A stretch of DNA of 63,321 nucleotides, counting the filler, from Rozella allomycis CSF55 (Eukaryota), in NCBI GenBank assembly GCA_000442015.1. It is 11 parts of 11 records of this genome, joined end to end, with 100 filler letters (N's around TTAATTAATTAA, not from the genome) between each part and the next. Parts side by side here need not be neighbours in the genome. Positions count along the whole stretch, not along the records: positions 1 to 21,353 come from KE560410.1; positions 21,454 to 32,955 come from KE560420.1; 9 more parts are not named here. One strand, 5' to 3'. Shown piece by piece: positions 11,101 to 23,913 of this stretch. The translations under genes were made by a program, and so were the position numbers. Every line of letters starts with the position of its first letter. Position 1 is the first letter of the stretch. Below the pieces are notes generated by a model. The model had not been told where the DNA came from. It ran no database searches and saw only the letters and a program-made list of their open reading frames with translations.

Positions 11101-12516
11101 TGATTCCCATAGATTTCCATTTTAAAATTTCTTGTTTTCGTTGTAAGTCGCTTGGGGAAGAAACTGAATCTGATATTCCGCATCTTTTAAAAGACCAATA
11201 TGAGTTTCGGACCCTTGGATTAATGGATATTTCTGTAGAAGTTGCCTAATTACAGGATGGCAGTTTATGGTTTGGAAAAATGTTGGCTTTTGACACTAGT
11301 ATTACGTCTGGATCAACATCTATGTTAGACGTATTATATTGCTTATCAATAGAATTTAAAAAATAAATTTGAGTTTTTCGTCCTGCAGATTTCTGACTAT
11401 TTGTTTGAAAATCAATAGCAGTATTATAGGTTTGTAAAACATCCATTCCTAGAATAGTTTCGGCAGTGCGTGTTGAGAGTACAGCAGCTTTGACATTTAA
11501 TTTGATTGTTGGGCTCCGGCTGAGTAGGAAAAGAGGAAATCTTGTGGTTCCAATGGTCTGGTTAGGAGATCCGTCCGCGAGCGTTATGCGACGAGGTTTC
11601 AATTCTAGGGGAAGGTTTAGTATATGTGCAATCTTCGTGTTAATGATGGTGATAGATGAGCCGGTATCGACAAGACACTTACCAGGGTGATGTAACATGG
11701 AGCCTTGTAACTCTAAACGCTTAATAGTGCTTGCTGAAGCATATTGGCTTGTTCGTTTTCTGGGGTGTCCTTGTCGGCGCTCCGGCTCATATCCAAAAAG
11801 GCTGCGTGGTCTTGATGTCGAGAGGTTTTAACGTAAGAATTTTTAAAAGGTGTTGATGTTGTCGATTGCGGTTTCTTTCCTGCGGCTCGGCTTTTGAATC
11901 AAAATATTTGACCGCGGCTCGGCTCGGCTCAGCTGAGAGTCATGGTGCCAGCCGCGGTCAAGCCGAGCTAAGCCGTTAACAACACTACTGCTGCTTGTAC
12001 ACGACATTCTGCATTGGTGTGCGAGTCAGTCTTGTGAAACATGAACGTAAAGGTTTTCTTGTTTTGTATTGTTTTATGTTGTGGTTTGTTGTTTTTGACT
12101 TCTTTATAGTTATGTTCGTGAGAGTTATGTGTGTGATGAGGTTTTGTATGACTGTGCGAATACATTCCTGTATTTAATTGGATTCACGCAGCTAACAGAA
12201 TCATTTCCGTGAGACTTCCAACCCCTTGCATGACAATGTCTTTCTTGATGACTGAAAGTTTCGAACGCTTGTCGTTGTGAGCCGTCCGCGTTGATGATTG
12301 GAGTCGAGAGTGGGACTTTCACGGTAAAGCGTACGAAGGTGCGTTGATTGTTTTGTGCTAACATTTTACTTTGTCTGATTAGAATGATGTAAAAAGAAGG
12401 CATTTATTTAATTTAGGCGGGGCTTTTTATATTAGTAAGGATCGTTTTTGATTGGTTCTATGCGCGTGAACAGATTCTATTCTTGGACTCTTTCGTCTAT
12501 TATTAGTAATACGACA
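8170..12516 (-). mobile_element. Ty3/Gypsy LTR retrotransposon, full length but decayed
   Basis: LTRs 8170-8724 and 12385-12516 (TG...CA); TSD GTCAT at 8165-8169 and 12517-12521; PPT AGGAAGAGGTGAA at 8725-8737. Domain order gag (His/Cys knuckle-like), protease (LVDTGS), RT (RLVVDFRLLN, FLDD), RNase H, integrase (SDHGTQF, YNPQ, GPY). Many stops and frameshifts. Confidence 0.93.
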
Positions 12517-12639
12517 GTCATAAAGGAAAACTCTCGAGTTACTCCTAAAGCAATACCAGCGGCGCGGCAGCTTAGTGACGGATAAACACCCAGTTTCGGG
12601 TGTTCTTCAGCCACAGCGAAACCTTTTCAACCCTGGAAA

Positions 12640-13040
12640 ATGGAAACTGAAGTAAAGGCATATCTTGCAAGCTTTTCATATGAAAAGAATATGAAAATCT
12701 CTGAAGCTTTGGTAGCGAATGCAATAAGAGCCCACCAAGTGGAGGCGGAAACAGTCACTATCAACGGAAAAACTAACATGGTAACGGTAATTTTAAGCTC
12801 CCCCGATGAAGCGAAAAAGATAAATGAAGAGACTCAGATGAGCACTGTGCTTATCTCGGGCAAACGTGTTTATATTAGGAACAGGGACCGCCTTAATATC
12901 TACATGCTTAGGGCGAGAAACATTCCAGGAGCCATCATTATTATAGAGCGGTAGAAAAGATGCTGGGAAAGGTGAAAGTCAACCCTTTGATTAAAAGGGA
13001 GGCAAAAATCAACAACAGCGGCCTATTTCACATCATTTGT
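12640..13040 (+). pseudogene. Truncated ORF resembling non-LTR retrotransposon ORF1 (RRM-like gag)
   Basis: METEVKAYL...VTVILSSPDEAKKI...LISGKRVYI shows an RRM-like pattern; lies downstream of tandem repeats; frame breaks after 12954. Confidence 0.35.
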
Positions 13041-13094
13041 AATGAAATTTTAGGGAAACAGCCCAAGAGAGGAGGGAAATAGGGAAGACAAATT

Positions 13095-13164
13095 ACGTAG
13101 CGAGGGATCGAACCCAAGACCACACAGACACAGGACATGCTTTTGGCCATCCTGCCACATCGTC
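13095..13164 (-). pseudogene. tRNA-like pseudogene or SINE head
   Basis: A box TGGCAGGATGG and B box GGTTCGATCCC at tRNA spacing, but acceptor and anticodon stems pair poorly. Confidence 0.5.
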
Positions 13165-13535
13165 TTGATGTTTACTAGAAAACTATCATTATTTTGTGTG
13201 TATCCTATGTCAAAAATAAAAAATTTTTGTCTTCTACTTTTGTTAAACTATATTTGTCATCGTTTGTAACAATAGCACTTGCTTATTTTGTTTAGGTTTC
13301 ATTTTACTTTTGTGTCTGTAAAATCGCATTTTTTAGATCAAAAGTGGGCTCTAAAGAATACTCGGGAAATTTCTAAATCGAAAAAGTGGCAATGATTATA
13401 TTCGACGTGTTTCTTCATATTCTTAGAATCGTCTTTTAGCCATTTTATATTAGACTTCAATATTAATAAACCAAACATATTTTCTAATTGAATATTTAAA
13501 AGAATGCTATGCATTTTTGACTGAAAGAAAGCCAT

Positions 13536-16417
13536 ATGCAATCACAATTTCCAAAGTGGCTTATGCACAAGTACATTCAATTAGACAACGCAGCATCAGA
13601 TTTTGAAATAATTCCGAAAGCAACCACTGACAGCGAAGATGACGACTTTTTCCATTCACAGCGAGTGCGTCAATTCACCAAGGACATTAAACGCAAGCTG
13701 GTCAAGGTATTCAGTCGCAAGAATCCGCGCGAGCTTGAAATCCTTGTTGAGCTGGATACGCCCACCAAGGCGATGTATGGGGGACTGGTTGCTCCGTTTT
13801 ATCGGTTTACGAGCCGTGACAGCGCTGTGCCTGTTCCTGTGATGTTTTCGATGTTGGATGTAAGGGGATGAGTTTAAATGGAGTAGGTTCATATAGTGTG
13901 CTGTGAGCATGATAATGCGATGTTTGATGCGAATTTGCCGGTGACGATACATTTGACGTATGGAGTGACGAACCAGAAATGGAAGGTGTCGCATTCGCTG
14001 CTGGATTTTGCAAAGCTGCATTCTATATTGAGGATACGACATTTGAAGGGGCATATTCCTAGACCCCCGAGTTTTCCGCCGCAGCTTGTGCATCTTGTTA
14101 ACCAAGCGAAGGATTGGCTTTCTGATTCGAAGCAACGGATGTTGAATAAAGTGTTAATGACACGTGAGAGAATTACTGCGTTGGAGATTTATTTGAAACA
14201 GTTGTTGGCTGTGATGAATATGAAATCGTGTATTGAATTGTGTGAGTTTTTGGAGATTAGTGGGTGTTTAGTGAAGGGTCCGATACAAAAGTTTAAAAAG
14301 GAGGGGTATTTGAAGCAAAAGGTTCATTCTTGGGGAGAGTTTTTTACTTTTGTGATGAAGTGTTGGATTGGCAAGAGATATGAGCAACGATGGATTGTTG
14401 TTGGGGATTCGTTTGTAGCTGTTCTAGAGAGGATAGATTCGCAGTATCCAATACAAGTTTTGCTTTATGATTCGTATTTTAGAATTAGCGAAGAAACAAA
14501 ATTATTTCATCCGAAACTTGTGGTGGCAAATTATTCGCAGAAATTGGAATTGCTGATTAAGAATGATGGCAAGAGGAAAGAATGGTTTTCAATTCTAAAG
14601 AAACAAAGCTTTGTGAATGAATTCTGTAAAGTGCATCCACATGGATCGTTTGCACCAGTGAGACTGAATTGCCACGTTGAATGGTTTATTGATGGACAGG
14701 ATACGTTTAAGTCAATCTATGAAGCAATAAACAATGCACAAAGACAAATTTTTATTCATGGATGGTGGGTGTCGCCTGAGCTTTATTTGTTGAGACCGAG
14801 CCATCTTTATCCCGAGTCACGATTAGATAAACTGCTAAAGTTGAAAGCATCGCAAGGAGTTCAAATCTTTATCATTGTGTACAAGGAAGTTTCATTTGCA
14901 TTGCCAATAAATTCATATCATACAAAATTTACACTGCAGGGGCTGCATAAGAATATTAAAGTTCAAAGATATCCAGACAGGGGTACTGGACCCTTGTATT
15001 GGGCGCATCATGATAAATTAGTAATTATTGACCAATCGATAGCATTTACGGGTGGTCTCGGTAAACAATGTTTAAATTTAGTTAAATAGATTTGTGTTAT
15101 GGAAGATATGATGATCAAAGCCATTCTATAGTTGATACTTCAGATACCCCAACATGGCCAGGGTTAGACTATTACAATCCAAGAGTTAAAGATTTCCGCA
15201 ACGTGCATTTGCCAGATACAACGCTTGTTGATAGAAAACTTGTGCCTAGAATGGCGTGGCATGATGTGCACTGTGTAATCCAAGGTGAAGCAGCCAATGA
15301 TTTGTCTAGACACTTTATTCAACGATGGAACTTTATCAAGACAGTCAAGGCTATGAGTAAAGGCGATTCAATTCCATTTTTGTTCCCTGGATCCCTTAAA
15401 CCCTTTAATAAAACAGTCACCGGCAAAGTCAATATCCAATGTCTGAGGTCCTGTGGTGAATGGTCAATGGGAACTATTCCTGAAAAGTCTATTTACGATG
15501 CATACATCCATCACATCCGCCATTCAAGGCGATTTATTTACATTGAAAACCAATTCTTTGTATCCACGTGCGCCAAGCCATCCCCAGTTAGAAATGAAAT
15601 TGCATTGGAAATAGCCAATCGAATAAAACTAGCATTTGAAAGAAACGAGACATTTAAAGTAATCATTGTAATTCCACTGATGCCTGCATTTGAAGCTGAA
15701 GTGAACCAGTCAGCAGCAACCACAGTGAGACGGGTAATGAAAGCCCAACTTGAATCCATTTCACGGGGTCCAAATTCTCTATTTGAGAAGATGAAGAGTT
15801 GGAATATAAATCCAGAAAATTTTATTGCATTTCTGTCGTTGAGAAGAGTTGATGATTTGTTGGGAAACAGAGTGACTCAGCAGATTTACGTGCATAGCAA
15901 ACTGTTGATTGTTGATGATTTGGTTTGTTTGATGGGATCTGCAAATTTGAACGATAGAAGCTTGCTGGGGTTTAGAGATTCTGAAACGTGCATTGTCGCC
16001 CAAGACACTGAATTTGAACAAGTAGAGTTTAATAATAAACACTTCAAAGTTGGCAAATCTATTTTTAATCTCAGGAAACGTCTTTTTATGGAACACTTTG
16101 GCTTACATGAACATGATGATCTGCTGAATGATCCAAGCAGTGACGCTTTTTTTAATGATATGCTGCATACAGCTAGAAATAATACACTCTATGTGAGACA
16201 CAATTTTAATTCTATTCCTGATGATACAGTCACATGCTGGGAAACTTATAGAAAGTTTAGCAATGGGAAATCCAACAATGCGATTGAATCGAATCCATGG
16301 AATGCCGTTCTTAAAGGGAACGCTGTTATGTATCCACTAGAGTTTATGAAGAATGAAGATTTGAGTGCTTCCATGTTGAATGCGGAATATCTGTTGCCAT
16401 TGGAAGTTTACTTGTAG
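13536..16417 (+). CDS. PLD1: Phospholipase D (PX-PH-PLD, PLD1/SPO14 type)
   Basis: PX and PH regions, two HKD motifs (HHDKLVIID, HSKLLIVDD), PRMAWHDVH, YIENQFF; introns 13860-13886 (27 nt) and 15061-15089 (29 nt) join the ORFs in frame; 5' end uncertain. Confidence 0.93.
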
Positions 16418-16489
16418 ATTTGCCTTGTAGAAATATTAAATAAATTTGCATATTAGCCATAACGTTATAATTAAAGAAGTTTATTTGCT

Positions 16490-17703
16490 TTAAACAGATA
16501 AATTATTTACCGCAGAAGCCAATGCATCCATTGAAGTGCCTTCCTTTAGCACTGTTTCCTCGCATTCTGATTCTCCCGACTCTTCTTCCGACTCTTCTTC
16601 TGAATCCTCTTCATAATCCATATCATCCCACTCATCTAAAATGTCTAGTTTCCCCATTCGATCAAGGTTATTCTTTATAGCTTCTGCAGCGCTCCCATCA
16701 GGATTAAAAGAGTTGCCATTCAGCGAAAGACTGTTCAACGATTCAAAACGAAGCAGCGCCTGTGCGGCAATAAGCGCACCGTCCTCATCCATTTCGTTAT
16801 ATTGATAGTTAATGCTATTAAGCTCCTTAAAATTAGCGCTCGATAGCGACTTCCAAACTGCCTTTGAGCCAACTGAACCCAGCAAGCAATCACCAATATT
16901 CAAATTCTTCAATTTCGGCCATTCATTTTTATCAATCGCTTTTGAAAAGGCCAAAGATCCAACTTGAGTAAACGTGTTGTCATTCAAATCTAATATTTCG
17001 AGATTCTTGCAGGTCGCAAGTGCCTCGGACAAGTCTTCTACACCCTCTGGGCGAATTCCGTTTTGAGGCAACAGTATTTGTTGAAGCGTTTTTGAATGTG
17101 CCTTTATTGCTTTTCCCAGCTCTTTCGCGGCTGCGTTTTCTAGTCTGTTTCTGCCAATAACAATAACTTCTAATCCAGAATCTATTTGTTCACTATTTAA
17201 CTTTTCTGCCAAAGATACTAGAGCTTTTGCAATCGTAGACCCGCCTATTTCTGCATGCTCCATCTTTTACCTTGTGGGCCCAGACCATTGTTGTTCAACA
17301 TTAACACCTTCAAGTGCACAGCGTTTTCCAAGTACTCAACAAGTGGGTTCGCGCCAGCAGGGCCAAAGGCATTATCGCTCAAATTCAGCTTTTCCAGCGG
17401 CTGCTTCAGAAACGCATCACACAGGGATTTCAGTGCCAGGGGAATTTCGCCAAGCAATCTTCCAGTGAAAATATCACTCAATTCAGCAGTCTCATAAGCT
17501 TCAAACAAATTTTATACCTTTAACGACTTTGTTATCGACAGGGCATCTGCCAAGGCAGAAATTGCTTCAACGCCAAAAGTATTCCCAGATAAACGGATTT
17601 CTGTAGTTTCTGCGGTTATCTCGTCAAGAAAAGGCTGTATGTCCTCTGCCGTATTCAGTTTTAAACCTTTTCCTTCAAGAGAAAATACTTTTGACTGTGC
17701 CAT
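16490..17703 (-). CDS. RNA1: Ran GTPase-activating protein 1 (LRR + acidic tail)
   Basis: FSLEGKGLKLNT, LSGNTFG, DIFTGRL, LSDNAFG, GRNRLEN, LPQNGIRPEG; two 26-27 nt introns join the three ORFs. Confidence 0.93.
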
Positions 17704-17789
17704 TTAGGTGGCTAAGGCTGGAACTGTCAAAAAATCAATAATCGTAAAAAATTTATTTGTTTCTGAGCTTTAGCAATTCAAAATGGCGG

Positions 17790-20135
17790 CTAATGAAGAC
17801 TAGAATAATAATTTTCACAATTAGGTACATCTACTCTTAATTTCTTTTTTGATGGGACAAATGACTCTTCGCTGTGGATGTTCTTTTTGGGACTGCCGTG
17901 TGGACGTATCAAATCACTTGCATGATTTGTATCATGTAGAGGGGGCGCCAATTGTTGTGCTTGGAAGCCATCAGATCCGCCGTAAATAACGCTTTTATTA
18001 GATGCCTGAAATTTTACTTTGTGTAATTGTCAAAGACTTCCTTGTTTGGAGCCATGTTTGATGGAAATGAATTACGCTCGGTATTTGCATGTGCTCTTGG
18101 TGGTTGGCTCTCCTGATACTGGCGATGAGCTTGCACTTCTTCTGCTTGGGCCATTGCCTCTTGACTCCAATGTTCTTCATAAATCTGCCTTTTAAGGTCT
18201 TCCAGTTTCCTTTCCACAATATAGAATATGTATTCGTCAAACAATAACCTCATCAAATGATAAGAACCTTTTAAATATTGAAGATAATGTTACCGAATGA
18301 ACTTGCACTTCTCAATGTCAAGTCACGCATAATTAGTGTAGACATAAATGACCATTTCATTAAAAATTGTCTTGAATTGTTTTCTACAATAGACGGATGC
18401 TCTGGTTCGTGAGTCTATTGAAGTTTATGATTTGTGTTACTTCTGGGGCCAAGCACTGTTCAACAATTCCTTCGAGCCATTCGCACCAAAATTCCAAAGA
18501 AACTCCTTGGCGTAAGTATGTTCTGAAACTCTCTTCCACTATTCAACATTATAGCAATTTATTACCCGATTCAAAAATGTTTTCTCTACATATCACAACC
18601 CATGAGGCTTGCTCTTTAATACTCTCAAAGTCAATATGGTTCCAGTCATTCAANTTATATTACCCGATTCAAAAATGTTTTCTCTGCATATAACAACCCA
18701 CGAGGCTTGCTCTTTAATACTCTCAAAGTCAATATGGTTCCAGTCATTCAACATCTGGCTAACTTGTTCTGAATTTTGCAAAACTGTTCTAGCAGCCTGC
18801 GCCAAATGATTTAAAGAGGTTCTTCGTCTAAGTACATGGCAAAATCTTCTGGCGCAATCAAGCTTTACATCCACAACAGCCATTGGAAATCCATCAAAAG
18901 CAGTCAAGAGCCAGATTTCCAAGTTTTTCGCAAAATGTCGTATCTGTTGTGACAAATTTATATTTAAAGGCTCTAGAACATTGGATAACAGTAATTGCAC
19001 AATATTCTTATGTTATAGTTATAGAATGTTTACCTGGTTCATTAAATCATCTGTTACACCAATTAATCGGCAAGCCTCCTCGCAGTTCAAGTTTGAAATT
19101 ATTTCCGAGTTTAATCCCTGCCAAAATTGTTTTAAAACCACCTCCATCTAGCATACATCTAAGAAAATCAATTTACTGAAGCAAAGTCTTTCATGCTAAT
19201 CATATTGTACACTTGTTGGCAGTGGATACGATATGCACTGCAAAATTCTACTAGCGCGTCCAAAGAAATGTGAGAGGGTATGTTTGATGCTATAGGTACG
19301 CAGTGCTCTTCTAAGACACAAATAAAGTCCTCCACACTCGGGCTGGTGTACAACCTTTGATCGTTGCGTTGCTGAATCTCTGAGATTGATTCCAAATTTT
19401 CTTGTTTAACTTTTCTGTTGCCGCTCCTTGGCTTTGGTGCACTGACTTTTTGTTCAGCACTTCGTACAATGAGGGATGTGTCATGGTTCATCATTTCCGG
19501 GTCGTTTTTCAGTTTGATTCCATAATAATGGTACCTATAATTAAATAATTTGTTTCATACTTTGAATTCCCGCGTGTTCCTAGTCTTCTTGTTTTGAGGT
19601 TAGGAAACACTGCCCTGATAATTTTACCGAATGAGGCTGCATTGACTGGTTCTACGCCCGATAAATGACACTGTTCCAAATAATGGGAATAGAGTGTAGA
19701 TCTTGGCATGCTAACTCCTTCATGCGCTTCATAGTTGGCCTCCAGCCATGTCGAAACGAACGGTGCCTTCGTCTTACTTACGCCATTCGACTGAAAAGCC
19801 TGCGCTAGTCTTCTAATGTAATTTAAACTTATAATATTTACGCTGGAAGTGGTTGATGAGCAAAGGCCTGAGGCCCGGCTTTTGCGGGGGAAGAGTAATG
19901 ATGAAAAATCCCTATGTGGCACTTTGAGAACATTTTACCTCCTTGTAGTGCATCATTACTTTCATCGTCTTCAGATGTGTCTGTAGATTCCTTAATGAGT
20001 GTTAAATCAAAGTATTACGTGATATTCAGAGTTTGTTGTGTTGGCAACGGCAACATTCGAGTGCTGATTGATGGTAGTGTCATTTTCTTGCTTTTTGTGG
20101 GGTTCATTATCTGCTATTAACACCGTGGAAAGCAT
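17790..20135 (-). CDS. RFX: RFX transcription factor with DNA-binding and dimerisation domains
   Basis: DBD WLEANYE...[50 protein letters not shown]...[24 protein letters not shown]; multi-exon; assembly duplication at n 18654. Confidence 0.9.
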
Positions 20136-20990
20136 TTCTAGTCATATGTGAAGCGAAGGCTATTTTACTTTTGTTTAAAGGTGTATTTGTAAACAAACCA
20201 GGTACATTGTTAAAAAAAATTTCCTTCAAGGGAAATCTATTATTTTCATTGAAAAGAGTCTTGAGAAGCAAAAAATCTACAGTTAAATTGAAATTTCCGT
20301 ATTTATTCTCAACAGTGGCTATACATTATGTTGTGACCTTCAAACTTTCAATTTTACAGAAATAGAAGAATATGAATTATATCATATATGTATCTACGTC
20401 AAAGGCGCAAACGCTCATTCATAAAAAAGAGGCGAAAGCAAATATTTTATATTTTAAATAAATACAATTAATTTAATAATTTATAATCGTATGAAATTGA
20501 AAATTTAATCAGAATAATGGCTTCGATTCATATTGAATGCCAAGTAATCATAAACAATTATTAATTCGCCCGCTTTGCGGCTTTGCCGTTTTCTGCACTG
20601 GAGGTAAACCTTTATTCTCTTCATGGACACTATAGAAACAGTAGTCACTAGTGTTACTCGCAGAGCTCATTTATAACATTAAAGGCAAGCTACATATATC
20701 CACTTAAAGATATGGTCCTCGGCGATTCAAAGTAACACCCACGAACAGTGAAAATCAAAATGGCATTTGATTCTTTGCATGAGCAAAAATTGAAATTATA
20801 AAACGAATTGATGAATTAAATTTCAAGTATTCAATACACATATACGTTTCTCATTAATATTTTTGTACTTCTTCCTCCACACTAATTGAAAAGATTCTAT
20901 AATTAATCGGACTAATGGCTATTCATAGAGTTTATCTATTTTTATAAATTGATAATCTAAAAATGCACTTTATGACCAAGCCACAACAAG

Positions 20991-21353
20991 ATGTTTATCT
21001 GGGGTGTTTTGACAGTTGTTACAGTCATTTCTAATGCGCTTGTTTCTGGGTCCCTTTCATCTGAAAAAGAGGTAAGACAAACGCTTGAGAATTTCGTCAC
21101 CGTAAGGAACTTGGAAACTGACGGTGTCAATGATGTTTTGGAGTTTATTGGAAAAAATGATATCCCAAATAATACGCCTTGGGATCTTTTTAAGAAAGTG
21201 ACCAATCAGGTGTTTCAATGTGTCAAGGTTGAAACTCTTCGACATCGCGCAACTAAAGCTTTTGAAAATTTGGTAGGTGTTTCTTCACGCAAAGGTGACA
21301 TATTCTATGGAAGAAATCAAGATAGCATGCCTTTTATGAATGATATATTGGAG
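20991..21353 (+). CDS. Putative secreted protein, 3' truncated by scaffold end
   Basis: Signal-peptide-like MFIWGVLTVVTVISNALVSG; frame open to the gap. Confidence 0.5.
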
Positions 21354-21453
21354 NNNNNNNNNNNNNNNNNNNNNNNNNNNNNNNNNNNNNNNNNNNNTTA
21401 ATTAATTAANNNNNNNNNNNNNNNNNNNNNNNNNNNNNNNNNNNNNNNNNNNN
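21354..21453. other. Artificial scaffold linker N/TTAATTAATTAA/N. Others at about 32956, 34162, 36246, 37832, 39399, 46038, 56484, 57780 and 61100
   Basis: Same 100-nt spacer with stops in all six frames occurs ten times. Confidence 0.98.
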
Positions 21454-22153
21454 AAGTCCTACTGCCAAAAATGAAAAAATAAAAGAAAAGGCGAAAGAAA
21501 AAAAGATTCAAAAGAAAAAAGCCATGGGAGATCTAAAAGATCAAACTAAAGAAAGAGAACAACCAATTGTTGAACAACTGGGCAAGAGAAAGAGAATCAG
21601 ACCTTTGGAGTATTGGAGGAATGAGCGGGTTGTGTATGAAAACAGAACAATTAAAGATGTGATTGTAAAGCCAATAGAAATAGACAAACCTCAACCAAAG
21701 AAATCAAATCCTTCTTTACGGTTGAAAGGCTACAAGGAACAAAGAGATTCAATAGAATTACCAATTTTAGATTTTGAATCAAAAAAAGAAAAAGAAAAAA
21801 GTAAAATAGATTGAGAATTTTCATTTCTAGTTATCGCGTGCACAAGAGATTCAAAAGGTGCCAGAAAGATTGCAGGGGTTGGATTGAAAATAAAAAACAA
21901 TTTTGATGAAAAAAGTATGGTTTCTGGCCTTATGGTTTTTGATCCAAAGTCTGAAAAATCAAATAGCAATTCTGGTGCATTTTCAATGGTATTTTATGTT
22001 GTTTCAGGCATATTCGAAGTTTCAATTCATAAAAATACTTTCATTCTAAGCGTAGGCGGTCAATTTCACGTCCCAAGAGGAAATCAATACAAAATTAGAA
22101 ACGTCACTCAGAGAGAAGCAAAACTCTTCTTTTGTAATTGTAAATTCGATTAA
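21454..22153 (+). CDS. MIF2: Kinetochore protein CENP-C/Mif2, C-terminal part
   Basis: CENP-C motif KRKRIRPLEYWRNERVVY; cupin domain MVFYVVSG...FHVPRGNQYKIRN; short intron near 21802-21830. Confidence 0.9.
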
Positions 22154-22216
22154 TATAAAAATGATTTTAATAAACTCTTCATCTCTACTTTTCTTTCATT
22201 TGATTCCCTATACTCT

Positions 22217-23913
22217 TTATTCAACTGACTCATCCTCTCCTTTTAATTCTTTTAATTGCTTCTTGTTGACTTTGCCCATTACATTCCTTGGCAGTTCCTT
22301 CACTCTCCTAAATTCTTTCGGTATTTTATAATTCCCCATTTTCTCTAAACAAAATTCTCTCAATCCATCAATCTAAAACGAATGTTAAATTCTTCATACT
22401 TCAAGACCATTCTTGCTCTTATAGAAACAAACTACCTTTTCTCCCATTTCAGCATCTGGCATTCCAACAATCGCGCATTCTTCAATCAATGGATTTTCTA
22501 CTAATAAATTCTCCAATTCAATTGCTGATATCTTATATCCCCCACTCTCTCAAAATAAATCAAATTTCATACCTTAATTATATCAATTGGTCTTCCTTTA
22601 ATCACAACACCATCAGTAGTCATTTCAACTTGGTCTCCAGTCTTAAACCATCCATTCTCAAACACTCCCTCATTGTTACTATTCAAATACCTATCTCTTT
22701 GATTCAAACGTCATCTACCCTTGGAATACACCCGGCCCTTTAACCATCAATTGTCCACTAGCGCCCTCCTTTCCTTCTTCATCCACAATCTTTATCAATG
22801 TATTCTTCAAAGGGTAACCAACACTCCCACACACCCTTTTATCATACTCATTACTCAAAACCATCCCAGTTTCAGTCATCCCATATCTTTCCAAAATTTT
22901 ATGACAAGTAATCGATTCCCACTCTCTAAAAACATTCTTTGGCAATGGTGCGGAACCACAGACAAATAGTCGAAACCTTTTCAATCTACAAGAAACTTTT
23001 AATTGCTCATTTTTCTCCAATGTTTTGTAGTATGCAATCAAACGCGTGTACACAGTGGGCACAGACATGAAAACCGTAATAGTTTCATCTGACATTATAT
23101 TGTTAATAATGTCCGCTGGTTTGGGTGTACTGAATCTCACTGTAGCACCAACCGCTAAAGGGCATATCAAAGCCTATATTAGTTTCCATTACAATGTACA
23201 TTAATCAATCCCTACAAAATTGAAACACTAGTATTACATGAATATGGTGCAAAGGTAGTACATGCAGAATACAGTCATGTTTAGACCACCTCCACGCATC
23301 ACACAATGTATTCACTTGATATTCCAGCATCGTCGCATTCCACGGCACTCCTTTGGGTTTACCAGTCGTCCCGCTAGTGTAAACAACTAGTTTCGTCGCA
23401 TCAGGTAGCTTTGCTTTCCTTCCAACTATTTCAACAACTGATAGACCATCTATTATTCCATACGACAGATACCTGCCAGATATCGATTCATGCACCTTGT
23501 AATCGGACATCACATTGGGATCCGCTAAAACAATCGATATCTGTGAATCCCAGAGCATGTGTTTCCATTCACTAAAGTATAATGCTTTCGAAAAGTATTG
23601 AAATGCGTACGCAGTGGTAGTGCAGCAGAGCCCATTGACCAGATTGTCAGTAGGCATTTTACAAACTGGACAGGATTGCTTTGTGCGATGCCAATTACGA
23701 TATTGCTCCAGTTATTGTTCCGGGAACTTTTATTTGGTAAAAAGCTTGGTACTTGAAAAATGATTTGAGGGTCGTTTCTGTTGAAGGTATTTCCAAATCG
23801 CATAGTGAATGCGTTTGGCCGTTGAATATTAGTTTGGATTCTTTTGATAGTATTTTTTCGGATATCGAAGAGGATAGGTTTCTTCTGAAGATGATGCGTA
23901 GTATTGATTTCAT
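22217..23913 (-). CDS. ACSF3: Mitochondrial malonate-CoA ligase-like acyl-CoA synthetase
   Basis: Presequence MKSILRIIFRRNLSS; YTSGTTGKPKGV; VLPLHHIHGLIN; ILERYGMTETG; LPRNVMGKVNKK; many short introns. Confidence 0.85.

Noticed and set aside
12517-12630. HDV-like ribozyme in the reconstructed UTR (GCGAA followed by a possible P2)
   Set aside because: P1, P3 and L3 could not be placed in the required nested order
18555-18750. Near-identical duplications flanking single n characters (also near 8439, 25937, 37129, 43304, 47116-48338, 49881, 50426, 52247, 61737)
   Set aside because: The pattern indicates unmerged overlapping contig ends or haplotypes, not true tandem duplications; they inflate apparent LRR and paralog counts
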